A DNA stretch of 64,000 nt from Thermodesulfobacteriota bacterium (GCA_963675595.2 CAXXLZ010000002.1:3360001-3424000); one strand, 5' to 3'; counted from the first letter of the stretch, positions 7,980 through 18,071 are shown. A program made the numbers and translations. The notes: generated from the sequence alone by a model not told the origin.

Positions 7980-10619
7980 ATGAAACTGCTGAAAATCTGC
8001 TGTGTCTGCCTGGTCCTGATTCCATTCGCGGCCATGACCAGCGCTCGAGATGCGGTCTGGACCAGCCCGGACGCGATTTCGACGGATGCGCGGCACACGG
8101 ACTCCCGCAACGCGGGCGACGAGCCGGGGGAATCTCCGGATATCCTCCAACCCAAGTCTGAAGCCGTTCCGGCCGCGCGAGCCAACCTGAAACAAGCCAA
8201 GGCGAAAGGGGCGAAAGAGGCTTCCACCACACAAGAGGAGCCCGCTCGTTCCGGAAACGACGTGGCGAAAAGTTCCGAATCCGGAGCTTCGTCGAAGAAT
8301 TGGGTTTCCACGGCCTGGTGGGCCATGGAAAAGTCCGCTGCAGAACGGGACTCCTTTGTGCTCGCCCAGTCGGAAGGCGACAAAACCTCCACCCGAAAGA
8401 AAGCGGAGCCCGATTCGGGCAAGGTGTACAAGCTCGGTGAAGTGACCGTTACCGGAAAGATTCTGGACGAAACCACGGAAAATGTTCCTGCCGTGGTGGA
8501 ATCTTTGACCGCGGAAGGTATCGAGCGCATCAATGCGATTGATACGGCGGACGTGTTCAAATACATGCCCGGTTCCTATTTACGAAAACTCTATCCCGGC
8601 TCCACGAACCGACCCCTGGTCATTCGGGGCAACAGCTCCTTTCTCACCGCGAGAACGCTGGTCCTGGCGGACGGAGTCCGCATCAGCGACTTCAGAAGTG
8701 CCGGACACAGCAACTCCCCACGGTGGTTCATGGTGGCGCCGCAGGAAATCGAGCGAGTGGATGTAATTTACGGTCCCTATTCCGCGGCCTACAGCGGCAA
8801 CTCCCTTTCGGGAACCGCCCTGATCACCACGCATTTCCCTGAAAAAAGGGAATTCCATGCGGATTCGCAGTACTTCTATCAAAATTACCACGAATACGAA
8901 ACGGATGAAGACATTCACGGCTATACGGCCTACGGCTCCTATGGAGACAAGTTGGGCGATCTCTCCTTGCTGGTTTGGTACGACCGACTCCAGACCGGGG
9001 TTCAGCCCATCAGTTTCACCACGAAATCGGCCGCTTCCGGCGGGGACCCCACGGGGAACCCCGTTTCGGGATGGGTCTCGGACCGGGACCCGGATGGAGA
9101 AAAGAGGTATGTGCTGGGGTCTGTGGGAAAACAGGAACTCATCAACAACACGTTCAAGGTGAAGCTTGCTTATGATCTGACTCGCGATTCCCAGCTTCGG
9201 TTCATCTGGTCTTTCTGGGACAGTGAGCAGGACTATGATTCCCCGGAGACCTATCTGCGGGACGCCGACGGAAATCCCGTTTACTCCGGAAAGGTGGATA
9301 TCGACGGGCGAGGCTACTCTCTAGGTTCATCCACCTTCTATTACCGACTGATAGAAAAACAGGATTTCGTGTATTCCCTCAGCTATTCCCTGGAGCCCGC
9401 GCACGGCCTGAAGGTGTGGGCCACGGGCAGCCTGTACGATGCTTCCAAGGACCTGACCCGGTCCTCCAAAGCGTCGCCTCCGGAGTCGGAAAACGGAGGA
9501 GCCGGACAGACCACGGATACGGACAGCGGCTGGTACACGGGCGACCTCAAGGCCGCCTACGACGTGTCCTTGCTGGGGCTGCACACGGTGAGCGCCGGCT
9601 ATCATTTCGACCGCTATTACACGGACAGCGAAACCTGGAACACCTCAAACTGGAAGAGCGATACACGGACCGATCTGAGCGCGGGGTCCGAGGGGAAAAC
9701 CCAGACGCATGCCCTGTTCATCGAGGACAACTGGGACATCACGGATCAGTGGTCCGTGTACCTGGGCGGCCGATATGAATGGTGGCGGGGCTTCGACGGC
9801 TCGAAATCCACCGACGGCGATTCGGGCCGGGTGAGCGCAGGCCTGGCCGACAAGAGTGAAGACGACTTCTCACCCAAGTTTTCCACCACCTACCGACCAT
9901 CGGAGAATTGGAGGCTGCGTTTCTCCGTGGCTCTGGCCAACCGGTATCCCACCATTGGGGAGCTTTATTACGGGGGTATCAATTCCGCCGGCGTGATCAA
10001 CAACGCCAACCCGGACCTGAAACGGGAGCATTCTTTCTCCAAGGACTTCACCATCACCCGGGCCATCGGGGCCGACGGTGAAGCCCGTCTGACGTTCTTC
10101 CAGGACGACGTGGAAGACGCCATCGCCAGTCAGACCAACTCCTACACCCTGATCAAAAATTACCAGAACGTGGACGAAGTCCGCACACGCGGCATCGAAT
10201 TCGCGTTCAACAAGCGCAGGGTGTTCCTGGATGGCCTAGGGCTCTTCTTCAACGTGGCCTGGAACGAATCGGAAATCCTGAGAAACGACAACGTGCCGGA
10301 GAGCGTGGGAAAGGATTTCCCTAGGGTTCCCAAGTGGCGGGTGAAATGCGTCCTGGACTATGCCCCCACGCAAGACTGGTTCGCCACCGTGGCGTGCCGT
10401 TACGCGAGCAAACCCTATAACACCCTTGAGAACACGGATGAATATGGAGGCTACGGCGGCGTGGACGATTACCTGGTGTTCGATACCAAATTTTCCTATC
10501 GATTCCAGGAAAATCTGAGCGCCCATGTGGGTGTGGACAACATTACGGACGAGAGTTACCACATCTCCCATCCCTATCCTCGAAGGACCTTTTTCGTGGG
10601 GCTGAAATTCGACTTCTAA
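7980..10619 (+). CDS. TonB-dependent outer membrane receptor (probably metal uptake)
   Basis: Signal peptide, TonB box EVTVTG, plug motif IERVDVIYGPYSA.Y, NPDLKRE, C-terminal PRRTFFVGLKFDF. Confidence 0.92.
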   Translation: MKLLKICCVCLVLIPFAAMTSARDAVWTSPDAISTDARHTDSRNAGDEPGESPDILQPKSEAVPAARANLKQAKAKGAKEASTTQEEPARSGNDVAKSSESGASSKNWVSTAWWAMEKSAAERDSFVLAQSEGDKTSTRKKAEPDSGKVYKLGEVTVTGKILDETTENVPAVVESLTAEGIERINAIDTADVFKYMPGSYLRKLYPGSTNRPLVIRGNSSFLTARTLVLADGVRISDFRSAGHSNSPRWFMVAPQEIERVDVIYGPYSAAYSGNSLSGTALITTHFPEKREFHADSQYFYQNYHEYETDEDIHGYTAYGSYGDKLGDLSLLVWYDRLQTGVQPISFTTKSAASGGDPTGNPVSGWVSDRDPDGEKRYVLGSVGKQELINNTFKVKLAYDLTRDSQLRFIWSFWDSEQDYDSPETYLRDADGNPVYSGKVDIDGRGYSLGSSTFYYRLIEKQDFVYSLSYSLEPAHGLKVWATGSLYDASKDLTRSSKASPPESENGGAGQTTDTDSGWYTGDLKAAYDVSLLGLHTVSAGYHFDRYYTDSETWNTSNWKSDTRTDLSAGSEGKTQTHALFIEDNWDITDQWSVYLGGRYEWWRGFDGSKSTDGDSGRVSAGLADKSEDDFSPKFSTTYRPSENWRLRFSVALANRYPTIGELYYGGINSAGVINNANPDLKREHSFSKDFTITRAIGADGEARLTFFQDDVEDAIASQTNSYTLIKNYQNVDEVRTRGIEFAFNKRRVFLDGLGLFFNVAWNESEILRNDNVPESVGKDFPRVPKWRVKCVLDYAPTQDWFATVACRYASKPYNTLENTDEYGGYGGVDDYLVFDTKFSYRFQENLSAHVGVDNITDESYHISHPYPRRTFFVGLKFDF

Positions 10620-10713
10620 CAACAGCGCATCAGGGGAGCCGCGAAGACGTTTCGTCGGCTCTCCCTTGAAAATCGGCCGGTATTTCATGACGGAACAACA
10701 AAACGGAGGAAAC

Positions 10714-11514
10714 ATGAGAACGAGACAGAGAAAGCTGGGACGGTTGTTGTTGGGCATAGTGCTCATTTCCTGTATGGCGGCTACGGCCTTCGCCCACGAC
10801 ATGTGGGTCGAGATGGAGAACTTCCGGCCGGAAAAGGGCTCGCAGGCCAAGCTCGGCTTGGCGTACGGTCATCTTTTCGTTCTGCCGAGCAAGGATTTCA
10901 TCGAGAAGGAGCGGGTTGAACAGGTCTATTTTCTAACCCCTTGTGGTAAGAATAAGATATCCGCCGTCGAAGGGGAAACGTCCTACGCGTCAGAAGCCGC
11001 GTTGCAGGGCAGCGGGACCTACATGGCCGTGGCCGAACAAAAAGGCGGCTTCGCCACCAAGACGGTGGAAGGTTACCAGCGAGGAAAATGCAGGAAAGAC
11101 ATCAAGGACCCGAAAGACATTATTTACTGCAAGTATTCCGAGAAGTTCAGTAAGGCCTTGTTTACCGTGGGCGCCCCCTCCGGCGACGTCTACTCGAAGG
11201 TGCTCGGGTTCGCCATGGAAATCGTTCCGTTGGACGATCCGGCCAAGTTGAAAAAGGGAGACATTCTGAGAGTAAAGGTGCTTTCCAAAGGGAACCCCGT
11301 AAGGGGCTTCGTCTATGGAACTTTTAACGGTTTTTCCGATCAATCCAACACGTTTGCGTACACCACCTACACGGATAAAGAAGGCATCGCCAAGATCAAG
11401 ATCATCGAGGAAGGCCCCTGGCTGCTCGTGGCCAAACAGGAAGTGGCTTACCCCGACGCCACGGAGTGCGACAAAATGTCCACTGCGGCTACGTTGACCT
11501 TTGCCGTGAAGTAA
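10714..11514 (+). CDS. DUF4198-family periplasmic protein (Ni/Co uptake-associated)
   Basis: Signal peptide AFA|HDMW, YGH, EIVPLDDP..L, TDKEGIA and C-terminal ATLTF motifs. Confidence 0.8.
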   Translation: MRTRQRKLGRLLLGIVLISCMAATAFAHDMWVEMENFRPEKGSQAKLGLAYGHLFVLPSKDFIEKERVEQVYFLTPCGKNKISAVEGETSYASEAALQGSGTYMAVAEQKGGFATKTVEGYQRGKCRKDIKDPKDIIYCKYSEKFSKALFTVGAPSGDVYSKVLGFAMEIVPLDDPAKLKKGDILRVKVLSKGNPVRGFVYGTFNGFSDQSNTFAYTTYTDKEGIAKIKIIEEGPWLLVAKQEVAYPDATECDKMSTAATLTFAVK

Positions 11515-11763
11515 TCGCGCTTCTTTGCCGACGGAAAATGAACGAGGGAACTCATAAGGTTCGGCCGTTGGGAAAGGGGAGGACCTGAGTCCGTTCCCGA
11601 TCGAATGTCTCCAATGGTCGGCTTTTCAAGTCAGCGACACCCCACCCCGGGCGGGTTCCCTGTTGAGTCGACCGCCCGGAATTCACCGCGTACCTCCCTC
11701 CAACCTGCATGGGATCGGGACTATGACCCGATTCCATGCAGCCTTTCGTTTCAGGAGTAATGC

Positions 11764-12258
11764 ATGATTCTTTCCAAACCGGAGCCGGCGACACATGTGG
11801 CCGTTTTGCTGTTGATGTTGACTGTTGCGTCGGGAACCGCCTTGGGCCACGGGGTGGAAATCGGAGTGGCTTACGACCCGAGCCGGGTATTCGAAGCGGT
11901 TTATACGGACGGTGAAGTTATGAGTTACGCGGAGGTGAAAATTTTTCCACCCGAAGGCGAAACGCGTCCTTTTCAGATCGGGCGAACGGATCGGAACGGG
12001 AAATTCGCCTTCGTGCCGGATGGGCCTGGGGAGTGGCGGTTCCGGGTGGACGACGGGATGGGCCACGTGGCCGTGTCTTCGGTGAACGTCGCCGAAAAAA
12101 CCGCCGGGGAGGAATCGACTCCGCAGGCCGGAGAAACGATAACTCCCGCGCGTCTGCCCAGGGTCTTGGCGGCTACGGCCGGTTTGGGCTATCTAATGGG
12201 CATCTTTGGCGCCGTTAGCCTGATCCGAGGAGTTTTGCGGTCGCGCAGGACCCGATAA
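11764..12258 (+). CDS. Nickel/cobalt transport accessory protein (NikL/CbiL-like, C-terminal TM)
   Basis: Signal peptide then HGV; Y.DGE.MSYAEV, FQ.GRTDRNG.FAF.PD..GEW and DDGMGH motifs; C-terminal TM helix. Confidence 0.7.
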   Translation: MILSKPEPATHVAVLLLMLTVASGTALGHGVEIGVAYDPSRVFEAVYTDGEVMSYAEVKIFPPEGETRPFQIGRTDRNGKFAFVPDGPGEWRFRVDDGMGHVAVSSVNVAEKTAGEESTPQAGETITPARLPRVLAATAGLGYLMGIFGAVSLIRGVLRSRRTR

Positions 12259-12319
12259 AGCCGTTTTACCCGCCGAACGCTCCTGATCCCATCGGCCCGT
12301 TGAAAAGAACCGATCGGCG

Positions 12320-12416
12320 CAGGCCGCCAAGGAAGCATGAGATGCAAGGCGTGAATCACGAGGATACGAGGCGGCGTACCTGGAGTGCGCCTCAGATCGT
12401 GTTTTTCAGCGGCCTG
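12320..12416 (+). repeat. Small palindromic repeat/MITE-like element, copy 1
   Basis: CAGGCCGC...GCGGCCTG ends; shares GAGATGCAAGGCG, GGCGTACCTG and CAGATC.TGTTTTT with the element at 42011-42136. Confidence 0.6.
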
Positions 12417-12421
12417 CCGGG

Positions 12422-12958
12422 TTACCACCAAAACTCGGGATATCGCCGTGCCCTGGGCACGTTGTTCACCAGAAGGGCCACCGCGAGCATGACCAGCGCT
12501 CCCGTGGCCGCGGGGATCAAAGCATAGAAATAGCCCAGCGCGTGAATCTTCTCGCCGCCGATGACGGCGATGAGGGCGGTGGCGCCTCCCGGCGGGTGGA
12601 GCGTCTTGGTCAGGTGCATAAGCGCGATGGCCGTTGCCACCGCTATCGAGGCGGCGGCCCATGTGTGCGACTGAAGCAGTTGATAGGCGGCCACGCCGAT
12701 GACGGCGGACAAGACATGCCCGCCCAAGAGGTTGCGCGGCTGAGCCAGGGGACTCTTGACGGCTCCGTAAATCAACACCGCCGAGGCGCCGAAGGAACCG
12801 ATGATCATCACCAAGCCGGTTCGGTCCAAGATATGATAGTGTATCGAAGCCACCGCTGAAATCCCCAGGAAAGCGCCCACCCATGACCACAAGACTTCCG
12901 AGATTCGGACGCGGGGAGGACTTTGCGTAGTTCCCCTCATCTTGCTGAAATATTCCAT
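12422..12958 (-). CDS. HPP family membrane protein
   Basis: SFGASAVL, SPLAQPRN and HPPGGA motifs; several TM helices. Confidence 0.92.
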   Translation of the reverse strand: MEYFSKMRGTTQSPPRVRISEVLWSWVGAFLGISAVASIHYHILDRTGLVMIIGSFGASAVLIYGAVKSPLAQPRNLLGGHVLSAVIGVAAYQLLQSHTWAAASIAVATAIALMHLTKTLHPPGGATALIAVIGGEKIHALGYFYALIPAATGALVMLAVALLVNNVPRARRYPEFWW

Positions 12959-12968
12959 TTCTTGCTCC

Positions 12969-13595
12969 CTACAAAGAGATCGCGGTCAAGTCGCCCCGGG
13001 TCAGAATACCGACGAGCAATCCGTGGGATTCAGTCACCGGTACTCGATTGATGCGCCGTTTCGTCAGGAGATCGGCGACCTCGGATAAAGGGGCGTCCTC
13101 GGAAACCGTGTGGGCCGGGGAAGTCATCAGATCGGAAACCTTGCCTCCTCGGATGGGGAGCACTGCGCAGCTCTTGGCCCCAATGCACTCGGCGATGATT
13201 TCCATGAAGCTCCCGCTTCGCCCTTTGCCCATGTGTCTCATGAAGTCCCTCTCAGAAATTACGCCCAGAACTCTTTTTGAGTCATCGAGTACGGGCACGC
13301 CGGAGATGCCGGATCTTCCCATGAGTCGCGCCGCATCCTCCAAGGAGGTATCGGGGCTTACGAAACGAACTTCGCGGGTCATGGCATCTCTCGCTTTGCG
13401 GTCCCCCCAGAGGCGCTTTGCAGCGAGCCTGTAGGCCGATAGATAGACTTCTCGAAGATCGCCCGGCGTGATGTCCAAATAACCCGAGACTTCTTTCATT
13501 GCTTCGAGAATATCTTGATCGGTGAGCTCCGGGGTGGCACACGGCCTCGCATTCATGAGCTTCTTTTCGGGGACGGGCCCGTCGGAATTCCTCAT
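12969..13595 (-). CDS. CBS domain-containing protein
   Basis: CBS pair (ISGVPVLD..GVISERD; INRVPV..GILTRGD) with an N-terminal YLDITPGD segment typical of HPP-linked CBS proteins. Confidence 0.9.
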   Translation of the reverse strand: MRNSDGPVPEKKLMNARPCATPELTDQDILEAMKEVSGYLDITPGDLREVYLSAYRLAAKRLWGDRKARDAMTREVRFVSPDTSLEDAARLMGRSGISGVPVLDDSKRVLGVISERDFMRHMGKGRSGSFMEIIAECIGAKSCAVLPIRGGKVSDLMTSPAHTVSEDAPLSEVADLLTKRRINRVPVTESHGLLVGILTRGDLTAISL

Positions 13596-13650
13596 GCCAA
13601 CTCCTTCCCGTCGTTTGGTTTGCAGACGCTTCCGTCATCCATGGTCTCGG

Positions 13651-13693
13651 ATTATAAACGGGATACAGAGCCGGCCGGTTTGACTTAGGTCAA
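13651..13693 (-). promoter_or_regulatory. CRP/FNR-family box plus -10 element (class II geometry) for the CBS-HPP operon
   Basis: TTGAC-TTAG-GTCAA at 13680-13693; TATAAT on the minus strand at 13656-13651; box centre about -42 from the inferred TSS. Confidence 0.65.
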
Positions 13694-13890
13694 CGCCTCT
13701 CTTTTTTTCAGAGTCTGCAAAAAGAGTGAAAGAGGGAAAACGGAAGGAACTGGACGAAAGACCGTCGGAAAAAAAGATCCATCGTCCGGAGCGGTTCCGG
13801 CTTGGGCCTATAGCTTGCTTGATAAGTGGAAAAGGCGGAGGAGGATTGACAAGAAGAATGCCGGTATGATCACCCCGACCGGAAATATGA

Positions 13891-13937
13891 TTCAAACAAA
13901 AGGACCCGCCGAGGGCTTTGAGGTTCCCGCGGGTCTT
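13891..13937 (-). terminator. Putative terminator downstream of lpxB
   Basis: Minus strand GACCCGC...GCGGGTC followed by CTTTTGTTT. Confidence 0.55.
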
Positions 13938-13992
13938 CCTGATTTGCCGTCAAAAATTAGGCCGTTCAACGTGTCGACCTGAAGTGAAACGA

Positions 13993-15147
13993 TCAGCCTT
14001 GACGCAAATGATCCAGGATGAACGCCGCGGCCCTGTCCAAGGCGCCCGGTTCTCCCAAGCCGGCGGCTACATTGCGAAGGTCTCTCCTCATCTGCATCCG
14101 TCTTTCAGGGTTTTCCAGAATCGAAAGCGCTAATGTGGAGAGTTTGTCCGGACGGGCGGCGTATTGAATGAGTTCCGGCACGATGTGTCTGCCGGCAAGC
14201 AAATTGGGCAACCCCGAAGTGGTGGAATGCATGCGGCCGGTCTGAACCAGGAGATTGACCACACGCCAAGTGACTTGAGAAACGGCGGTGAGGACGATCA
14301 TGGGGATTCCCAGGAGCGTCGCTTCCAGGGTTGCCGTGCCCGAACAGAGAATCGTCAGATCGCTCGCGGCCATGGCCTGCATGCTGTTGGTCGTCAATAT
14401 GGGCGGCGGGTCCAAATCCCGCTCTCCGGCCATCCTCTCGATGGTCGCCTGGAGAAAGCGGTCGCTCACCGGCAACACGAATCGGATCGACGGATTCGCG
14501 GCGACCATGAGCTGAGCGGCATCCAGCAGGACGGGACCCAGGGATCCGACTTCCTGGGTTCGGCTGCCGGGCAGCAATGCAACCACCGTCGCGTCGTCTC
14601 CTATCCCCAATGCTTTCCGGGCATCGCGCCTCCCGGGGTCATCGACCTCTTGTATCATGTCCCGGAGGTAGTGGCCTACGTAGGTGGCTCTGCCCATCGC
14701 CCTATGGTAAACTTGGTGTTCCTCGGGAAAAGAGGTTAGAATCCGGTCGTAGCTTCGGGCGATGGGAACCGCCACGCAACGCCATACCCATACCTGGGGA
14801 GGGAAATAGGAAAAAGTGAGGATTCCTCGCGACTTCAACAAGCGGGCGAGAACGAGATTGAAAAAATCGTGCCCGATGAGCACGACAGCCGAGGGAGTGT
14901 ATTCCCGGACACGGGAAAAGATTGCCTTGAACGCCCTCAACAGACCGGGAATGGTGGCCAGGGGCTCCGTAATGCCGGCGGAACCAAGATGGGCGGTTCC
15001 GTAAAGGATTTCCACGCCCGCGGTTCTCATGTGAAAACCGCCCGTTCCCGAGATGGAAACATCCGGGCACCGGGCATACAGCGCTCGTGCGAGGTGACCC
15101 CCAATGATGTCTCCCGATACTTCCCCTGTACTTATCAGTAGTTCCAT
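13993..15147 (-). CDS. lpxB: Lipid-A-disaccharide synthase (stand-alone LpxB, possibly a paralog)
   Basis: GEVSGD, PPQVWVW, FPEE, VGH, LLPGSR..E, SGTATLE, LPNLLAG and VPELIQ motifs. Probable start ATG 15147 (ORF track 15306). Confidence 0.88.
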   Translation of the reverse strand: MELLISTGEVSGDIIGGHLARALYARCPDVSISGTGGFHMRTAGVEILYGTAHLGSAGITEPLATIPGLLRAFKAIFSRVREYTPSAVVLIGHDFFNLVLARLLKSRGILTFSYFPPQVWVWRCVAVPIARSYDRILTSFPEEHQVYHRAMGRATYVGHYLRDMIQEVDDPGRRDARKALGIGDDATVVALLPGSRTQEVGSLGPVLLDAAQLMVAANPSIRFVLPVSDRFLQATIERMAGERDLDPPPILTTNSMQAMAASDLTILCSGTATLEATLLGIPMIVLTAVSQVTWRVVNLLVQTGRMHSTTSGLPNLLAGRHIVPELIQYAARPDKLSTLALSILENPERRMQMRRDLRNVAAGLGEPGALDRAAAFILDHLRQG

Positions 15148-15361
15148 CCGTCCGTGTTGATCCGATGCAGGGTGGTGGTTGGCGATTGGAGCGATGGAGC
15201 TTCCGAAATCGTTTTGGACGGAATGCCCCGGAAAGCTTTCAAACGGCGCGTACGCTGGAACCCGTGACGCCCTCTCACATGATGTTGCAGCCTCGGACGA
15301 GGCCAAGCGCTCGATAATGTAGGCAAAACGCTACGGCCTGTCAATGATGGAGCCTGTGGAA

Positions 15362-17094
15362 CAGCGATTCTCGGTGTTGAGAATTTGGGTGTGTTTAGGG
15401 AGATTTTCCCTTTGTAGAGATGCGAGGATAGGTGGAATGAGGGTCCGATTTTGCGCATGAGAGGGGAAAAAGCGTGGTGAGGCAGAGGAAAGACCGGAGT
15501 TTTTTGGACCGAAGGCGCACCGGTCCCGTCAAAGTTCGGACCTTTGTTTGTGACCGATGGGTTATAGGAGGCCTTTTCGCCTCAGGGGGGGCGGGCGCTT
15601 TCGGGGTCCAGGACCAAAGCCAACAGGTCTTCCCACGACTCGAATACCAGAATCCGGATCGTGCAACGCAGCTGATTCCAGTACTCGGTTCGAGCACTGA
15701 ATCCCGCCCGGCATTTTTGGTACAAGGGGTCCGTCAACTCGAAAATCTGATGGAAGAAAAAAGCCACCAAGTTCAGAAGGAAAAAGACGTAAGAGAGTTG
15801 ATTCTTGCCGTGACCGAAATTGTGCTCGATATGATACCCTTGGTTCTTCAGTGTATTGAATCCTTCGTTTTCGATTTTCCATCGGGCTCTGCCGATCCTG
15901 ACCAGTTCCGCCACGTTTTCCGCGTCAACCGGCATGTCCGTGACCCAGCTGTTCCGGTAGGTGATCTTTCCTCCATTCTCCAGACGGTAGGCAAAAAAAT
16001 GGAGGTCGGGGGCATCTTCGTTTCCGTTGAGAGGCACGCCATGGACCCATTCGTAGCTATGCACCCGTTTCTTGTCGTCGGTGATCTCCAGGCCCGCGAT
16101 TTCTTGCATCCCCCGGAGTTCTTCGATCCACTCGAAGAGCACTTTGTGGTCCGCGGGTTTGGCGACCAGCACAAAGGACATGCTCGCCCGCTTCAGCTCG
16201 GCGATGAAAGGCTGTTTGGAATACAGTCCGTCACCGCCGATAATGATGTTGAGTTTGGGATGGTCCCGGCGGATGGCTTTCAATATCCGCTTCCCCGCGT
16301 TGATCTCACAATCCTGTTTTTGGACTCCATCCTTGTTCTGGATCGATTCCGGAGCCAAAGGCACGACTTGACGGCGATCCGGGTGGACCAGAGCCGCTTG
16401 CAGGATTTGATGGTGGTAGCGAATCCGTCCTTTGGAGGATTTTTGAACTAGACATCCGGGACAATGGATGGTTTCCGAGGAGAAATATTCCGACCCGTCG
16501 ATCACAATGAGGTATCGGCCATCGAGAACCTGAAACGATTCCAGATGCTTGCCTCGCTGCAAGCGTCGGAAGAAATCGGAGAAGACGGCCTTGATCTCTC
16601 CCGGATCACTCGCGTCGATCACGTCCCGCAGTTGCGTGTCCCCGGGCATCTCCGTCACGGAGAACAAGGTCTTGAGGTTGTCGCGGTGGGTCCGTTCCTT
16701 CAGTCTGCGTTGAAACTGCAGGAGCGAGGGGTCCTGAAAGTACATCATGGCAAAGGCGCTCATCAGACAATCGTGCAAAGAATAAACCGTCCGTCCCCCT
16801 CGCGGGTCCCCGACCTGCTCGAACCGACGGGACAGCGCCTTTCTCAAAGACACGAAGCTGAGGTGCTTCTTCATGTGCACCCTGGTAACCTCTACATATA
16901 GTATTCAATCTAATAAAGGCTACCATATATACACCAAAAGATCTACTTTAATTTCATACCTAATTCCAATAGGTTATGATCCTTCCGAAAGAAGGCTGTA
17001 CTCGAACCGGCATCGCCGCTTTACGAAAAAATATTCTCGAATCAGCCTTATGTCCCTCGGCTTCGCCGACTATCTTTTTCACCGGGAATTGCTG
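15362..17094 (-). mobile_element. Insertion sequence (1733 bp, DDE transposase, ISNCY/IS4-like)
   Basis: Imperfect TIRs CAGCGATTCTCGGTG / CAGCAATTCCCGGTG; 9-bp TSD CCTGTGGAA at 15353-15361 and 17095-17103. Confidence 0.9.
15582..16880 (-). CDS. DDE transposase
   Basis: N-terminal DPR...YSLHD; IDGS, GDGLY and RARWKIENEGFNTLK motifs. Confidence 0.92.
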   Translation of the reverse strand: MHMKKHLSFVSLRKALSRRFEQVGDPRGGRTVYSLHDCLMSAFAMMYFQDPSLLQFQRRLKERTHRDNLKTLFSVTEMPGDTQLRDVIDASDPGEIKAVFSDFFRRLQRGKHLESFQVLDGRYLIVIDGSEYFSSETIHCPGCLVQKSSKGRIRYHHQILQAALVHPDRRQVVPLAPESIQNKDGVQKQDCEINAGKRILKAIRRDHPKLNIIIGGDGLYSKQPFIAELKRASMSFVLVAKPADHKVLFEWIEELRGMQEIAGLEITDDKKRVHSYEWVHGVPLNGNEDAPDLHFFAYRLENGGKITYRNSWVTDMPVDAENVAELVRIGRARWKIENEGFNTLKNQGYHIEHNFGHGKNQLSYVFFLLNLVAFFFHQIFELTDPLYQKCRAGFSARTEYWNQLRCTIRILVFESWEDLLALVLDPESARPP

Positions 17095-17161
17095 CCTGTG
17101 GAAGGGGGATATTCTGAGAGAAGCGTCGTCGTCGAAAGAACACGGTCGCGCGGCAGGGAGC

Positions 17162-18067
17162 GTGTCGCGGATCAAGGCCGTTCACCTGCTTGAGGCTTGT
17201 TTGGTGATTCCTGTTGCCGGCATGGTGTCATGGTGCCCTCCATGGATCATCCGAGCCATGGCGAGGGGGATCGCCATGGTGATCGTTCAGTTTCCTTGGA
17301 GAGCCAAAGATCACGCCTTTCACAACCTGGATCATATATACGGCGGCGAGGCGCCGAATATGAGAGAAAAGAAACGGATCGTCCGGAAATTGGTGGAGAA
17401 CCTGATCGTCCAATTCTTCGAATTCGTAGGGATTCACAAGATAAAGAAAAAGAACGTTTTTCGGCAATTCGAGGTGCGCAATCGGGCGGCTTTGGACCAA
17501 GCCCTCACGGAAGGCAAGGGGGCCCTCGCGGTAACGGCTCACCTCGGAAACTGGGAGGGCGTGGCCCGGGTGGGCAAAGTCCTTGGATACGACGTGGGAG
17601 TGATCATCGGTCGTCAATGGAACCCCATTACGGATCGATGGCTGAGATGGATCCGGGAAAGCAGGGGGCAGGTCGCCTGCTACTACAAAGACACGGACCT
17701 CTTGACGCATGCGATATCCCATCTCAAGCGCAATGGGATTCTGGCCGTCATGGCGGATGAGATGGAATATCGTAAACCCTTTTATACGCCGTTTTTCGGA
17801 TGTGATTTTCCCGCGCCGACGGGTATAGCCTTACTCCATTTGCGTTACGGCGCACCCATTTTGTTCTTTTTTTGCTTCAAGGACGGCAATAAGAAGTACG
17901 GAATCGAAATCGACGGGCCCTATCATTTCGGTGGAAGCGGGCATTATGAGGAAGACCGGAGGGTCGTGATTCGTTTTGTGTATGATCGGCTGGAAAAGGA
18001 GATTAAAAAGCATCCCGATCAATGGTTCAATCTGTTCCGATCTCTCCCGGAAGGTCCTGTAAACTGA
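17162..18067 (+). CDS. LpxL/LpxP-family lipid A acyltransferase, copy 1
   Basis: AHLGNWE, MADE, PFFG and HPDQWF motifs. GTG 17162 follows AGGGAG; the ORF-track start at 16976 lies inside the IS. Confidence 0.85.
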   Translation: MSRIKAVHLLEACLVIPVAGMVSWCPPWIIRAMARGIAMVIVQFPWRAKDHAFHNLDHIYGGEAPNMREKKRIVRKLVENLIVQFFEFVGIHKIKKKNVFRQFEVRNRAALDQALTEGKGALAVTAHLGNWEGVARVGKVLGYDVGVIIGRQWNPITDRWLRWIRESRGQVACYYKDTDLLTHAISHLKRNGILAVMADEMEYRKPFYTPFFGCDFPAPTGIALLHLRYGAPILFFFCFKDGNKKYGIEIDGPYHFGGSGHYEEDRRVVIRFVYDRLEKEIKKHPDQWFNLFRSLPEGPVN

Positions 18068-18071
18068 GGGC

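Noticed and set aside
13846-13870. TTGACA...TATGAT promoter on the plus strand
   Set aside because: The spacer is only 13 bp and no plus-strand gene follows.
13900-13950. c-di-GMP-I riboswitch-like GGCAAA...CAAAGCC on the minus strand
   Set aside because: It lacks the GAAA-tetraloop stem and GACGCAAAG; better explained as the lpxB terminator.
16976-17161. N-terminal extension of acyltransferase 1 in the ORF track
   Set aside because: It starts inside the IS; the paralog alignment and RBS favour GTG 17162.
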